DNA of 64,000 bases from Candidatus Bacteroides merdigallinarum (lineage in GTDB: Bacteria > Bacteroidota > Bacteroidia > Bacteroidales > Bacteroidaceae). Under the pieces are notes generated by a model. It saw only the letters and a program-made list of their open reading frames with translations. It ran no database searches and was not told where the DNA came from. The position numbers and the translations under genes are program-made. Of this stretch, positions 28,973 to 38,542 are shown piece after piece. The stretch spans positions 4,417 to 68,416 of the forward strand of contig DXBX01000002.1 of assembly GCA_019116285.1 (NCBI GenBank), in the 5' to 3' direction. Position 1 is the stretch's first letter; each line of letters starts with the position of its first letter.

Positions 28973-31342
28973 CTAGAACCTGCACCTAAGCTCGATGCCT
29001 GCCTGGAGGGGACGTCCGCGCTGCATGAACCGGTTGCCCATGCTCTCAAAGTAGAACGAGGCGTAATCTTTGTCCAAGGCATTGCGCACCCATAGGGCTA
29101 CCGCGCCCTGCCCTTTCTCCAGGCTGAGGCGGGCGTTGAGCGTGCCGTAGAAAGACTGGCTGGCGGTGTTGTCCTCCGTCCAATAGATGCGGCCTGCGGC
29201 GTTGTAGTCGGCATTGAGGCGGATGCGGTCGAAGAGTTTGTGAGGAGCGAGAGTGAAGACGTACTCGCCGCCGACGTTCAGCGTATGACGGGGGATGAAG
29301 GGAACTACCCGTCCGCGATAATCCACGGCCTCACCGGCAGCGTCCACCGTCTGATAATCGCGGAAGGTGGCGTAGGTGTAGCCATAACTGGCGTTCAGCG
29401 TCAGGGCATCGGTCAGACGGGCCACCACTGCGGCCTCGGCGCCCACGCTGCGGCTGCGCCCGGCATTGCGGGTGACGCGCCCCATACCGTTGGCGGAGAA
29501 TTGGGAAACCTGCTGGTCGCGGGTGTTCATCAGGAAGGCGGCGAGATCGGCGGTGAGGCGGTCCTGCCACAAGGTGAGGTGCGTGCCCGCCTCGTAGCTC
29601 CACGTGTATTCGGGGCGGTAGAGGGCGGTGCCTTCCACGTCTACCTCGACTTCGGGCATCATGGCCGACACCATGGAGGAGATGGGCGCCAAGGCTTGGC
29701 TCTGCTCCATCGCCCCCTTCATCCCGTTGATGAACTGGGACTGCACCAGGTCGCTGAACATCTGGATGTTGTAGCCGCCGGAGCGATAGCCCTTGGCCAC
29801 CGTGACGTAGGCATTGTTGCCCCGCCGCCATTCGTACTCCACGGAGAAGCGGGGGAGCAGTTGCAGATAGTCATGGCGCATCTTCCCGACGAGGGCAGAC
29901 AGGGCTTGCATGTCATTGTCCTCCAGCTGCATCGGCCCCATGGCAAAGGAGAAGCCGAAGTGCATCGGGTCGCTGGCCGAGTTATAATCCAGCCACATCT
30001 GTTCGTAGTCCAAGCGCAGGCCGGCACTGACGGAGAGGCCCTCGACCAACAGGTCGTTCCATGTACTCTGGTGATAGACGGCCGCACTCATCTGCGGCGT
30101 GGAGAAGTCGCCGCCTATCAGCAGGTTGTCGTTATGGATGCTCAAGGCCATCTGTGGGGCTTGGGGCGATGAGGGGAAAGCGGCATTGGCGTTGTCCTCT
30201 ATCAGCTCCTCGATGCCCTGCCGCTTGAAGAGGACGGGCGCGGAGGTCTTGAGCCACTGATAGAAGCCGAAGGCGCCCGTGGTCCACTGCCACTGCCTGC
30301 CGGGCTTGGACTTGAAGACGATTTCCTCGCTGAGGGTGTTCGAGCGCTGCTTCTGCACAAGGGTGAAGATGTCGCGGGGCGTAAAGTCCTGGTCCATGGC
30401 CATGCGGTCGTTCAGGTGCTGGTAGCCGGTGATGAAGCTGGCTATGAACGCAGGCGTCTGCCACTCAATGTTCAGTCCGCCGTTCAGCAGACCGCGCCGG
30501 TAGCCACTGGGGTCGTTGTAGGCAATGCGGCCCACGTAATCTGCCAAACCGGACTGCTCGTCGGCAGGAGAGACGGAACCCATATAATAATAAGGATAGC
30601 CGCCTTGGTCGCTGTACTCATAGTTGATGTTCGCGTCTATCTTCAGGTTGTCCTTGGGCAGGAAGAGGGCATGCAAGCGTCCACCGCCGGCATCGCTGCG
30701 GTCCATGCGTTCGTCGTCCTTGTAACTGTTCTTGAAGAAGCCGCCCCCATGCTCGTAGAAGCCTCCGGCAGAGAAGGCAAAGCGGCTGGAGATGCGGTGG
30801 TAGTGGGTCAGCGAGGCGTTGTAGTCGCCATAGGTCGCCGCACCGAGACGGATGTCCGTGCCTTGGTAGGTGAAGGGCGACTTGGTCTGCACCTTGATGA
30901 GTCCACCCATGGTATTACGCCCGTACAGCAGGCTCTGAGGGCCGCGAAGCACTTCTATCTGCTCAATGTCCGCGTAGTTGAAGTCGAAGGCGGATTTATC
31001 TATATAAGGAATATTATCTACATACAAGCCCACAGCCGGGGTGTTGATGCGCGAGCCTATGCCGCGGATATAGACGGCGGTGGTCAACCGCGAACCGTAA
31101 TCGGGAATAAAGAGGTTGGGGACCAAGGACGTGAGGCTCTTGATACCGGTCACCTGCTTGGCACGCATCTGCGACTGGGTCAGACGATGGGAGGCTATCG
31201 GCAGTTCGCGCAAGGCACGGGTTTCCTTGGGGGTGGCCACCACGACTACCTCATCCATTTGCACTGTACGCAGGGTATCTGTCTCTTCCGCCATCAGGGG
31301 GGATGCCATCAAAAGGGCTGTCAGGAGTATTTGTATCTTCAT
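28973..31342 (-). CDS. TonB-dependent receptor (non-SusC type)
   Basis: Signal peptide, TonB box DEVVVVA, plug motif IEVLRGPQSLLYGRNTMGG and a C-terminal Phe. Confidence 0.92.
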   Translation of the reverse strand: MKIQILLTALLMASPLMAEETDTLRTVQMDEVVVVATPKETRALRELPIASHRLTQSQMRAKQVTGIKSLTSLVPNLFIPDYGSRLTTAVYIRGIGSRINTPAVGLYVDNIPYIDKSAFDFNYADIEQIEVLRGPQSLLYGRNTMGGLIKVQTKSPFTYQGTDIRLGAATYGDYNASLTHYHRISSRFAFSAGGFYEHGGGFFKNSYKDDERMDRSDAGGGRLHALFLPKDNLKIDANINYEYSDQGGYPYYYMGSVSPADEQSGLADYVGRIAYNDPSGYRRGLLNGGLNIEWQTPAFIASFITGYQHLNDRMAMDQDFTPRDIFTLVQKQRSNTLSEEIVFKSKPGRQWQWTTGAFGFYQWLKTSAPVLFKRQGIEELIEDNANAAFPSSPQAPQMALSIHNDNLLIGGDFSTPQMSAAVYHQSTWNDLLVEGLSVSAGLRLDYEQMWLDYNSASDPMHFGFSFAMGPMQLEDNDMQALSALVGKMRHDYLQLLPRFSVEYEWRRGNNAYVTVAKGYRSGGYNIQMFSDLVQSQFINGMKGAMEQSQALAPISSMVSAMMPEVEVDVEGTALYRPEYTWSYEAGTHLTLWQDRLTADLAAFLMNTRDQQVSQFSANGMGRVTRNAGRSRSVGAEAAVVARLTDALTLNASYGYTYATFRDYQTVDAAGEAVDYRGRVVPFIPRHTLNVGGEYVFTLAPHKLFDRIRLNADYNAAGRIYWTEDNTASQSFYGTLNARLSLEKGQGAVALWVRNALDKDYASFYFESMGNRFMQRGRPLQAGIELRCRF

Positions 31343-31399
31343 AAAAGGGATTTCCTAAAAACGGCTGCAAAGTAACAGCGTTTCCGGCAGACGTGCAAC

Positions 31400-31413
31400 C
31401 CTCATTTATGAGG
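31400..31413. promoter_or_regulatory. Palindromic operator candidate upstream of the TonB receptor
   Basis: CCTCAT-TT-ATGAGG, 32 bp from a non-canonical -7 box (TTACTTTG, 31368-31375). Confidence 0.5.
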
Positions 31414-31417
31414 ATTC

Positions 31418-32032
31418 TCACACCTGGTCGGCCTCCACATAGCCGTGCATCACGGCATAGATGGTCAAGCCCGGCACGGACTTGATGCCCAGCTTCTCGG
31501 TGATGTTCTTGCGGTGGCTGATGACAGTGGTCAGGCTGATGTGGAGGCGGTCGGCTATCTCCTTGTTGATAAGGCCACGGACCACAAGGCGCAGCACCTC
31601 GACTTCGCGGGCAGACAAGTCGTGCTCGTCAGGGAGGGAAGGCGCCGGACGGGGCGTCTCGTCCGCCTCCGGATGGCCATGCCGATGGCCGAAGCGGTGC
31701 AATTGCAGGATGTTCCGCACCAAGCCTTTCTCATCCTGGCTGATGTTCAAGGTCTTCATGCCCGACAGCTGGGGCAGGTTGTCGTTGCCGGTCAGGACAA
31801 TGGTCTTGGTGGCGCGTTGCAGGAAGAAAGCCGTGTGCTCGAAGAAGATTTGTGCCGAGACGAAATAGTGCACATACATGTCCGGCGTGTCGTCCGTCAG
31901 TTCGGCAAAGGAACGGAACGAACGGATGACAGCCTGGGGGATGATTTCCTCCAAGAGCGCCTGCAACCCCAGACTGCTCAGGGTGTTGTAGTCGATGATG
32001 GCTATTTCGGGAGCGGACATGGACATATTCAT
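31418..32032 (-). CDS. LuxR-family regulator with a degenerate receiver domain
   Basis: C-terminal LSAREVEVLRLVVRGLINKEIADRLHISLTTVISHRKNITEKLG. Start at 32032 gives an ATGA overlap with the upstream gene. Confidence 0.88.
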   Translation of the reverse strand: MNMSMSAPEIAIIDYNTLSSLGLQALLEEIIPQAVIRSFRSFAELTDDTPDMYVHYFVSAQIFFEHTAFFLQRATKTIVLTGNDNLPQLSGMKTLNISQDEKGLVRNILQLHRFGHRHGHPEADETPRPAPSLPDEHDLSAREVEVLRLVVRGLINKEIADRLHISLTTVISHRKNITEKLGIKSVPGLTIYAVMHGYVEADQV

Positions 32033-33657
32033 CGGGATAAAGGTTGAGACGGTACATCCATCCCGCAATAGAGGGCCGCCGCCTCGGCACAGCGTTCTCC
32101 GTCGATGGCAGCGGAGACGATGCCGCCCGCATAACCGGCCCCTTCGCCGCAGGGGAAAAGCCCTTGCAGACGGACATGGCGCAAGGTCTCGCGATCGCGG
32201 AGGATGCGCACCGGGGCTGATGTACGGGTCTCCACAGCTATCATCACCGCCTCGTTGGTCAGGAAACCGCGGGCACTGCGTCCGAACAGACGGAACCCTT
32301 CGGCCAGGCGTCCGGCGATGAAAGGCGGCATCCAGAAGTGAAGGGGCGAGGCCACGAGACCGGGGGCATACGAACTGCGGGGCAGGTCGGCACTCAGCCT
32401 GCGGCGACAGAAGTCGTCCATGCGCTGGGCGGGAGCCGTCTGGCGGCGGTTGCCCTGCTGCCAGCAGAGTCGCTCCAAGCGCTCTTGGAAGTGCATCATG
32501 GACAAGGCGGGATGAGAGGCCGTCCCTTTGTCCGCATCGGCTTCAGCCTGCACCTGGAGTGTGGGGTCAGCCAGGTCTTCGGGACGAAGTTCCACCACCA
32601 TGCCGCTGTTGCTCCACTGCGAGCCGCGGTTGGACGGACTCATGCCGTTCACCACGATTTGCTCCGGGCCGCTGGCGGCAGGCACCACGAAACCGCCCGG
32701 ACACATGCAGAAACTGTACACGCCCCGGTCGGCCACCTGGGTGACAAAGCTATATTCAGCAGCGGGCAGGTACTTGCCGCGCCCATTTCTATTATGATAT
32801 TGTATCTGGTCTATCAACTGCGAGGGATGCTCCAAACGGACGCCCACAGCAATGCCCTTTGCTTCCATTTCCACGCCATCAGCAGCCAGACGGCGATAGA
32901 CATCGCGGGCGGAATGACCGGTGGCCAAGATGACAGGGCCGAGGAAAGTCTCGCCCGTACTGGTCTCGATGCCGACCACCTTGTCTCTCTCGGTCAGCAG
33001 GGCATCCATACGGGTCTGGAAGTGAACCTCGCCCCCGCATTGCAGGATGGTGTGACGGATATTCTCGATGACGCGGGGCAACTTGTCCGTCCCGATGTGG
33101 GGATGCACGTCCACCAAGATGGAAGTCGACGCGCCGTGCTGGCAGAAGACGGAGAGTATCTTGTCCACACTGCCGCGCTTCTTGCTGCGGGTGTAGAGTT
33201 TTCCGTCCGAATAGGCCCCTGCCCCACCCTCGCCAAAGCTGTAGTTGGACTCGGGGTCCACGGCCTGCACGCGGCCTATCTGCGCCAAGTCTTTCTTGCG
33301 TTCGCGCACGTCCTTACCGCGCTCCACGACAATGGGGCGCAGGCCCAACTCTATCAGACGCAAGGCAGCAAACAGTCCGCCGGGACCGGCACCCACGACG
33401 ATGACCTGCGGACGGTCGTCCACCATGGGATAGTCCACCGGACGGAAGATTTCCTCCGTGGGCTGCTCATTGAGGTAGACACGCACCGCAAGATTGACGA
33501 AGACCGTGCGGTGACGGGCGTCAATGCCCCGCTTCAGGACACGGATAGCCGTGATATCAGAAGCGGCAAGGCCTTTCTCACGAACCAGGAAAGCACGCAC
33601 CTCTTGTTCGTCGGCCGCCTCGCGGGGCAACAAGCGCAGATTGTATTCTTGTATCAT
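32029..33657 (-). CDS. NAD(P)/FAD-dependent oxidoreductase
   Basis: Motifs VVGAGPGG, GEGGAGAYSDGKL, SFCMCPGG, ETRTSAP and GEGAGYAGGIVSAAIDG. Confidence 0.9.
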   Translation of the reverse strand: MIQEYNLRLLPREAADEQEVRAFLVREKGLAASDITAIRVLKRGIDARHRTVFVNLAVRVYLNEQPTEEIFRPVDYPMVDDRPQVIVVGAGPGGLFAALRLIELGLRPIVVERGKDVRERKKDLAQIGRVQAVDPESNYSFGEGGAGAYSDGKLYTRSKKRGSVDKILSVFCQHGASTSILVDVHPHIGTDKLPRVIENIRHTILQCGGEVHFQTRMDALLTERDKVVGIETSTGETFLGPVILATGHSARDVYRRLAADGVEMEAKGIAVGVRLEHPSQLIDQIQYHNRNGRGKYLPAAEYSFVTQVADRGVYSFCMCPGGFVVPAASGPEQIVVNGMSPSNRGSQWSNSGMVVELRPEDLADPTLQVQAEADADKGTASHPALSMMHFQERLERLCWQQGNRRQTAPAQRMDDFCRRRLSADLPRSSYAPGLVASPLHFWMPPFIAGRLAEGFRLFGRSARGFLTNEAVMIAVETRTSAPVRILRDRETLRHVRLQGLFPCGEGAGYAGGIVSAAIDGERCAEAAALYCGMDVPSQPLSR

Positions 33658-33672
33658 GACGTCACCCGCAGT

Positions 33673-34461
33673 TTAGAACGCATAACCGAAGCCCACGTTC
33701 AAGTAGACGGGATACATGGCAAAGGTGATGGTGTCGAAGTCCTTCTGGAAGATGTCGTTCAAGCCCCATTGCAGGTCGGCATGGACATTCAGGTGCTTGA
33801 AGGCACGCCACGTAACACCTGCCTGCACGCCCCACTGGAACTTGCGCAGTTCGTCGGAAAAGTCGTACGGTGCCACGCTCTCGCCCTCGAACACGACCTT
33901 GTTGCCCGTCGGATCACCCTCGCGGAGGTAACCGTCGAACACATGACCGGAGAAGTCACCGCTGGTTCTGAACGAGATATACGGACCGACACTGAAACGC
34001 ACACGATCACTCACTTTCAATGCTGCCAACACAGGAATGGTAAAATAGGAGGCACGGAACTTAGTCTTCACCTTGCCTGTCCAATTGCCGGCCATGCGTT
34101 CGCCACCGTCGCCGATAATCTCCATGCTGTAGTTCTTGGTGCGGGCTTCAGCCTCCATGCCTTTGGTCTCCAGACGCAGGCCGATGATGAAACCCCACTT
34201 CTCTTCCTTGCCCAGCCACTTGATGATGTCGCCCTCGATAGCCAGGTTGACATTGGGCGAATAACCCGTCAGGGCACGGATCTCCTTGGGGAGAGGCAAC
34301 GGGGTGGCGCCGCCGATGTTGAATCCGGCTTTTACTTCGTATTCCAGTCCGCGCAGGGCCGACTGAATGATACCGCGGTTGCGGTCTTCCTGCGCTTGCA
34401 GGGTATTGCCCATGCCTGCAAAGAGCAGCAGGAGGGCCAAGATGATATATTTAGCTTTCAT
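33673..34461 (-). CDS. PorT-like outer-membrane beta-barrel protein
   Basis: Signal peptide, alternating beta-strands and C-terminal LNVGFGYAF. Confidence 0.8.
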   Translation of the reverse strand: MKAKYIILALLLLFAGMGNTLQAQEDRNRGIIQSALRGLEYEVKAGFNIGGATPLPLPKEIRALTGYSPNVNLAIEGDIIKWLGKEEKWGFIIGLRLETKGMEAEARTKNYSMEIIGDGGERMAGNWTGKVKTKFRASYFTIPVLAALKVSDRVRFSVGPYISFRTSGDFSGHVFDGYLREGDPTGNKVVFEGESVAPYDFSDELRKFQWGVQAGVTWRAFKHLNVHADLQWGLNDIFQKDFDTITFAMYPVYLNVGFGYAF

Positions 34462-34478
34462 TGTCCGTAGTTGGAGGG

Positions 34479-35657
34479 TTATTCGTTCACTGCTTCCTCA
34501 TAAGTCAAATCCACTTCGTCGATGCAGAGCGTGCTGCCCGGAGCACCCTCGAAGTAGTCGCCGCGGATGCTGGAGGCAAAGACAATAGCCAGGCAATAAC
34601 GCCCCTCGGCCAGTTTCTGGGGATCTACCGTTTTGCCCGGACGCATCTCGAAGGGAATATCGAAGTAAGTCCATTCGTCCGTCTCCTGCGCATCGGCCTG
34701 GTCAATCACGGCGGTGGAGATGACCTGCGGGTTATCCTCGGACAAGGCATCCGTGGCATCCAGGATGGGCCGCTCCTCCGTGCTCTCATAGAAAATGCCG
34801 TAGATGTTGCACTGGTCCTTCAATCCGGGTACGGGGCGTAGCTTGTCGGGAGCGGACGTATCCAGTTCATAGAAAGTCTCACCGGCCTTGTACTTGTAGT
34901 AGCCGCTGAGGCGGATAGGCACTTGCTCGAACTGCGTGCCGAAGAGCGTGGAAGTCAACGGGTCGTTCAGCGCATTGAGCACATCGAATGTACCTATGAA
35001 GAGGTTACCCGAGGCTATAGGCATGTTGACCAGCGAGCCCAGCGAACCCGTGCGCCGCGTTGTCAGCGTCAGGCACCTGCCCGATACGCCGTCATTTCCT
35101 TGGAAAGTAGGGAAGTTCAGCGGGTCGTTCTCGTTGGCATCCGTCAGGGCGAAACCCGGGTTGCCGCTGGCCCAAGCCCAAGACTCGGCGCCATATTGAT
35201 CTACCTCATAGAAAATATGATACTTGCCGCCGCCGCCCAATCGGACATGCTCGAAACTGAAATGTGTGTTCTGCCCGCTGATGCCGCCCGTGGTTACGGC
35301 TATGCGGTAGTGCCGCTGCCACTGCCCGTCCTGCGACGTGACGATATAATCCTTCGGGGTTGTGAAGTCCAGGACCGTGCCGCTGGCCGGGGTCACTGTG
35401 GCTCCGTCTGTCAATACAAACTCCGGTGCCAGGTGCGTGATGTCCGTCCCCTCGGCCACATAAAGCATGATGGGGTATATCCGTTCACCATCCGTCCCGG
35501 CAATGGCATCGCCGAACACCGCCGGACGATTCAACACATTCCCCTGCAGGCTCACGCTTTCAATATCTGCCTCCGTGTTCAAAGCCTCCTCCTGAATGCA
35601 GGATGCCAACAGACAGAGGGCCATCAACAGACAGGCTGTCAATCCTTTCCTTTTCAT
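34479..35657 (-). CDS. PCMD-domain lipoprotein (putative carbohydrate metabolism domain)
   Basis: Lipobox LLASC. Motifs WASGNPGF, IASGNLFIG, LSGYYKY and FASSIRGDYFEGAPGSTLCIDEV. Confidence 0.8.
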   Translation of the reverse strand: MKRKGLTACLLMALCLLASCIQEEALNTEADIESVSLQGNVLNRPAVFGDAIAGTDGERIYPIMLYVAEGTDITHLAPEFVLTDGATVTPASGTVLDFTTPKDYIVTSQDGQWQRHYRIAVTTGGISGQNTHFSFEHVRLGGGGKYHIFYEVDQYGAESWAWASGNPGFALTDANENDPLNFPTFQGNDGVSGRCLTLTTRRTGSLGSLVNMPIASGNLFIGTFDVLNALNDPLTSTLFGTQFEQVPIRLSGYYKYKAGETFYELDTSAPDKLRPVPGLKDQCNIYGIFYESTEERPILDATDALSEDNPQVISTAVIDQADAQETDEWTYFDIPFEMRPGKTVDPQKLAEGRYCLAIVFASSIRGDYFEGAPGSTLCIDEVDLTYEEAVNE

Positions 35658-35797
35658 ACCATAAAACGTCATAATGTTCTGTCTTTATTTTCATTGTCGG
35701 CGGCAAAGGTAATACAAAAATGCGAGATAGCGGAACATACGACCTCAAAACTCACAAGAGCGGATGCTATGGCCACTTCCCCCTTGAGTCGGATAGT

Positions 35798-35876
35798 CAT
35801 CAATGCCATTGATGATACCCATCAATGCCATTGATGGTAGTCATCAGTGCCATTGATGATAGGCATCAATGCCATC
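35798..35876. repeat. Tandem array of 17-bp palindromes CATCAATG-C-CATTGATG, 22-bp period, 4 units
   Basis: Units at 35798, 35820, 35842 and 35864 (last one truncated). Confidence 0.9.
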
Positions 35877-35886
35877 TTTGCCCTTT

Positions 35887-35923
35887 CTAGTCCGGGACGA
35901 GACGCGGCCTGGTCCCGGACTAG
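35887..35923 (-). terminator. Hairpin after the acyltransferase gene
   Basis: CTAGTCCGGGAC...GTCCCGGACTAG, 12-bp stem. Confidence 0.65.
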
Positions 35924-35971
35924 TGGCGATATACATGCGGACGGGAGGCAGAAGGGGTCCGATTGTTCTCC

Positions 35972-37132
35972 TCACTTCTGCTTCATCAGCCAATGCTTCT
36001 TCAGCCACTCGCGCAGCGGCAGGTCGTAGAGGCGGAGGCATCCCCACGCCAGCAGGATGGACAGCACAAAGACACCGGCAGCCACCATGACGTGTGCATA
36101 GAGCGGCGCGTCGGGATGTGCCCAGGCCCACGTCATCTGCATGTACATCAGGGGGTAGTGCGTGATGTAGAGCGGATAGGACAGTTCGCCCAACCAGGTA
36201 CAAATCCGCGCGCTCTTGGGGTCGGTGATGCGGCTGCCCGCTCCCATCGACACGACCAGCGGGAAAAGTACCAGGATGCACAGGGCGTTATACACGCCGT
36301 TGAGCACATTGCCCGGGCCGCCCACGCAAGGCACGGCGAACAGGATGGCCAGGATGAGCGAACACCACCAGAAGCCGCCCCGCACCTTGATGAACCGGCC
36401 GATGCGTGAGAGCAACAGACCGCACAGGAAGGGATAGAACAGGCGCGTCAGGCCTACATACACTTGCTCGGACGTCAGGCTCCAGCCGCCGATGACGGTG
36501 TACATCTGCGCATCACGCCCTTCCGTCAGCAGCCCGAAGACGTTCCAGTTCAGGCAGAGGTCCAGCGTGCAGAACGCCGCAGCGGCCACAAACAAGGCCA
36601 GCAAGGCTTTGGACAAGCGACGGAAGAAGAAGGCATAAAGGATGTTGCCCACATATTCCCACGTCAGCGACCAGTTGGGACCGTTGAAGGAGTTCATCTC
36701 GCCCCAACCGCGGATGTCCAGGCGCGGTCCGCAGGGAATCATCAGGCAGCCCAGCAGGAAGGCCACGGCCACCTTCCAGCCCGGCACATGGCCAATCAGC
36801 GGGAAGCCGTCGCCCTGGGCAAAGAAGTAGAAGCAGGCGCCGAGCACCGTGCCCATCAGCACCATCGGGTGCAGGCGGACAAGACGACGCTTGAAGAAGC
36901 CCCACGTGGTCATGCGGTTCCAACGATCGTCGTAGGCATAGCCGATGACAAAGCCGGACAGCACGAAGAAGAAGTCCACGGCCAGGTATCCATGATTGAT
37001 GACCTGATAGGCCGGACCTGCCGAATAGGTCTCGAGCAAGTGAAACAACACCACAATGACAGACGCGACACCACGCAGTCCGTCCAAAATCTCATAACGC
37101 GGCTTGGAAGCCAGATACACATTTTCTTTCAT
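35972..37132 (-). CDS. Acyltransferase_3 family membrane protein
   Basis: Motifs LDGLRGVA, GYLAVDFFFVLSGF, RRLVRLHP, WSLTWE and GELSYPLYITH. Start MKENV at 37132. Confidence 0.9.
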   Translation of the reverse strand: MKENVYLASKPRYEILDGLRGVASVIVVLFHLLETYSAGPAYQVINHGYLAVDFFFVLSGFVIGYAYDDRWNRMTTWGFFKRRLVRLHPMVLMGTVLGACFYFFAQGDGFPLIGHVPGWKVAVAFLLGCLMIPCGPRLDIRGWGEMNSFNGPNWSLTWEYVGNILYAFFFRRLSKALLALFVAAAAFCTLDLCLNWNVFGLLTEGRDAQMYTVIGGWSLTSEQVYVGLTRLFYPFLCGLLLSRIGRFIKVRGGFWWCSLILAILFAVPCVGGPGNVLNGVYNALCILVLFPLVVSMGAGSRITDPKSARICTWLGELSYPLYITHYPLMYMQMTWAWAHPDAPLYAHVMVAAGVFVLSILLAWGCLRLYDLPLREWLKKHWLMKQK

Positions 37133-37171
37133 TCTGTTTTTCTGTTTATGTTCATGGGGATTTTTCGGCCG

Positions 37172-37235
37172 CAAAATTAAGGCTAGAAATTATTCCGATA
37201 TTGACCTATTGGGATTGATATTTGACTTATATTTG
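37172..37235. promoter_or_regulatory. Divergent promoters with a 21-bp-spaced direct repeat
   Basis: -7 boxes CAAAATTA (37172, minus strand) and TATATTTG (37228, plus strand). TTGACCTAT at 37201 and TTGACTTAT at 37222. Confidence 0.6.
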
Positions 37236-37239
37236 CAAT

Positions 37240-38037
37240 ATGAATACCTATAACTTTGATCACGTCAAATTGACGCCGGACAAACAGATTCCCCTGCACG
37301 CTCAGGAATCTTGGGAACTGTCCTACGTGGTGACCGGAAACGGAGAACGTAAGATCGGCCACCTCCGGGAATCCTTCACCGCAGGCGATCTTGTGCTTAT
37401 CCCGCCGGGCATCCCGCATTGCTGGACCTTCGATGCCCGGCAGACCGACCATCACCATCGCATCGAAAACATCACCGTCTCCTTCGAAGAAATACTGTTG
37501 GACGGGTTAGCACAAGCCTTGCCCCACCTGAATGACGTCATCCGGCAACTGCGCACCTATACCGATGCCGTCACCTTCCCGCCCCGCCAACAGGAACGCA
37601 TCGCAACCCTCCTGCGACGCATGTGCCACGAGACAGATACAGAAAGAGCCGCCTCAATGGTGGCCCTACTTTGCCTCTTGGCCGAAAAAGGACATACCCT
37701 CGGGCACTATGAGAAGCCGGACATCGTCCGCCAACGGCTGATGCAGGTACGCATCTATGTGTCCTGCAATTGTTGCCGTCCCATTAGTATCGACGAGATG
37801 GCACAACATATCGGTATGAACCGTTCTGCCTTCTGCACTTTCTTCCGCAAGCACACCGGGCAAACCTTTGTAGACTATCTCAATGCTTACCGGGTAGACC
37901 TGGCCTGCCGTTTGTTGGACGAAGAAGGCATGTCTGTCACAGAGGCTTGTTATGCCAGCGGCTTCAATGACACAGCGTATTTCTGCCGCACCTTCAAGCG
38001 GTACAAAGGAATTCCCCCTTCGAAAATAAAGAAATAA
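37240..38037 (+). CDS. AraC-family transcriptional regulator
   Basis: Cupin HAQESWELSYV...IPHCW and C-terminal ACYASGFNDTAYFCRTFKRYKGIPP. First ATG is at 37240. Confidence 0.9.
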   Translation: MNTYNFDHVKLTPDKQIPLHAQESWELSYVVTGNGERKIGHLRESFTAGDLVLIPPGIPHCWTFDARQTDHHHRIENITVSFEEILLDGLAQALPHLNDVIRQLRTYTDAVTFPPRQQERIATLLRRMCHETDTERAASMVALLCLLAEKGHTLGHYEKPDIVRQRLMQVRIYVSCNCCRPISIDEMAQHIGMNRSAFCTFFRKHTGQTFVDYLNAYRVDLACRLLDEEGMSVTEACYASGFNDTAYFCRTFKRYKGIPPSKIKK

Positions 38038-38054
38038 AAGTAGGAACAGCGGAA

Positions 38055-38537
38055 TTATACATGCTCTATCAACACCGTAGCATAGGCCGAAATGCCCTCC
38101 TGTCGCCCGGTGAATCCCAGCTTTTCCGTCGTCGTGGCCTTGATGGAAACATCATCTTCATCCACGCCCATGACGGAAGCCAGGGTCTGCTTCATCAGCG
38201 GAATATGCGGATTCAGCTTGGGACGCTCAGCACAGACGGTGGCATCCACATTGCCTACCTTGTATCCTTTCGTAGCGATAAGCTGCACCGTCTTCTTCAA
38301 CAAAATCTTGCTGTCGATATTTTCAAACTCGCCCGCCGTGTCAGGGAAATGGTAACCAATGTCACGCATATTGGCTGCCCCCAACAAGGCATCGCAGATG
38401 GCATGGATAAGCACATCGGCATCCGAGTGCCCCAACAAGCCCTTATCATATTCCAAGCGTATACCGCCCAACCACAATTCACGATTTTCCACCAAGCGGT
38501 GAACATCATAACCGAATCCTACCCGTATCTTTGCCAT
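38055..38537 (-). CDS. ispF: 2-C-methyl-D-erythritol 2,4-cyclodiphosphate synthase
   Basis: Motifs GFGYDVHRL, GHSDADVLIHAICDALLGA and KATTTEKLGFTGR. Confidence 0.97.
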   Translation of the reverse strand: MAKIRVGFGYDVHRLVENRELWLGGIRLEYDKGLLGHSDADVLIHAICDALLGAANMRDIGYHFPDTAGEFENIDSKILLKKTVQLIATKGYKVGNVDATVCAERPKLNPHIPLMKQTLASVMGVDEDDVSIKATTTEKLGFTGRQEGISAYATVLIEHV

Positions 38538-38542
38538 ATTTC

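Noticed and set aside
32338-34470. 710-aa plus-strand ORF
   Set aside because: Antisense shadow of the FAD oxidoreductase and PorT-like genes. It has no motifs, and long shadows are expected with GC-rich codon bias.
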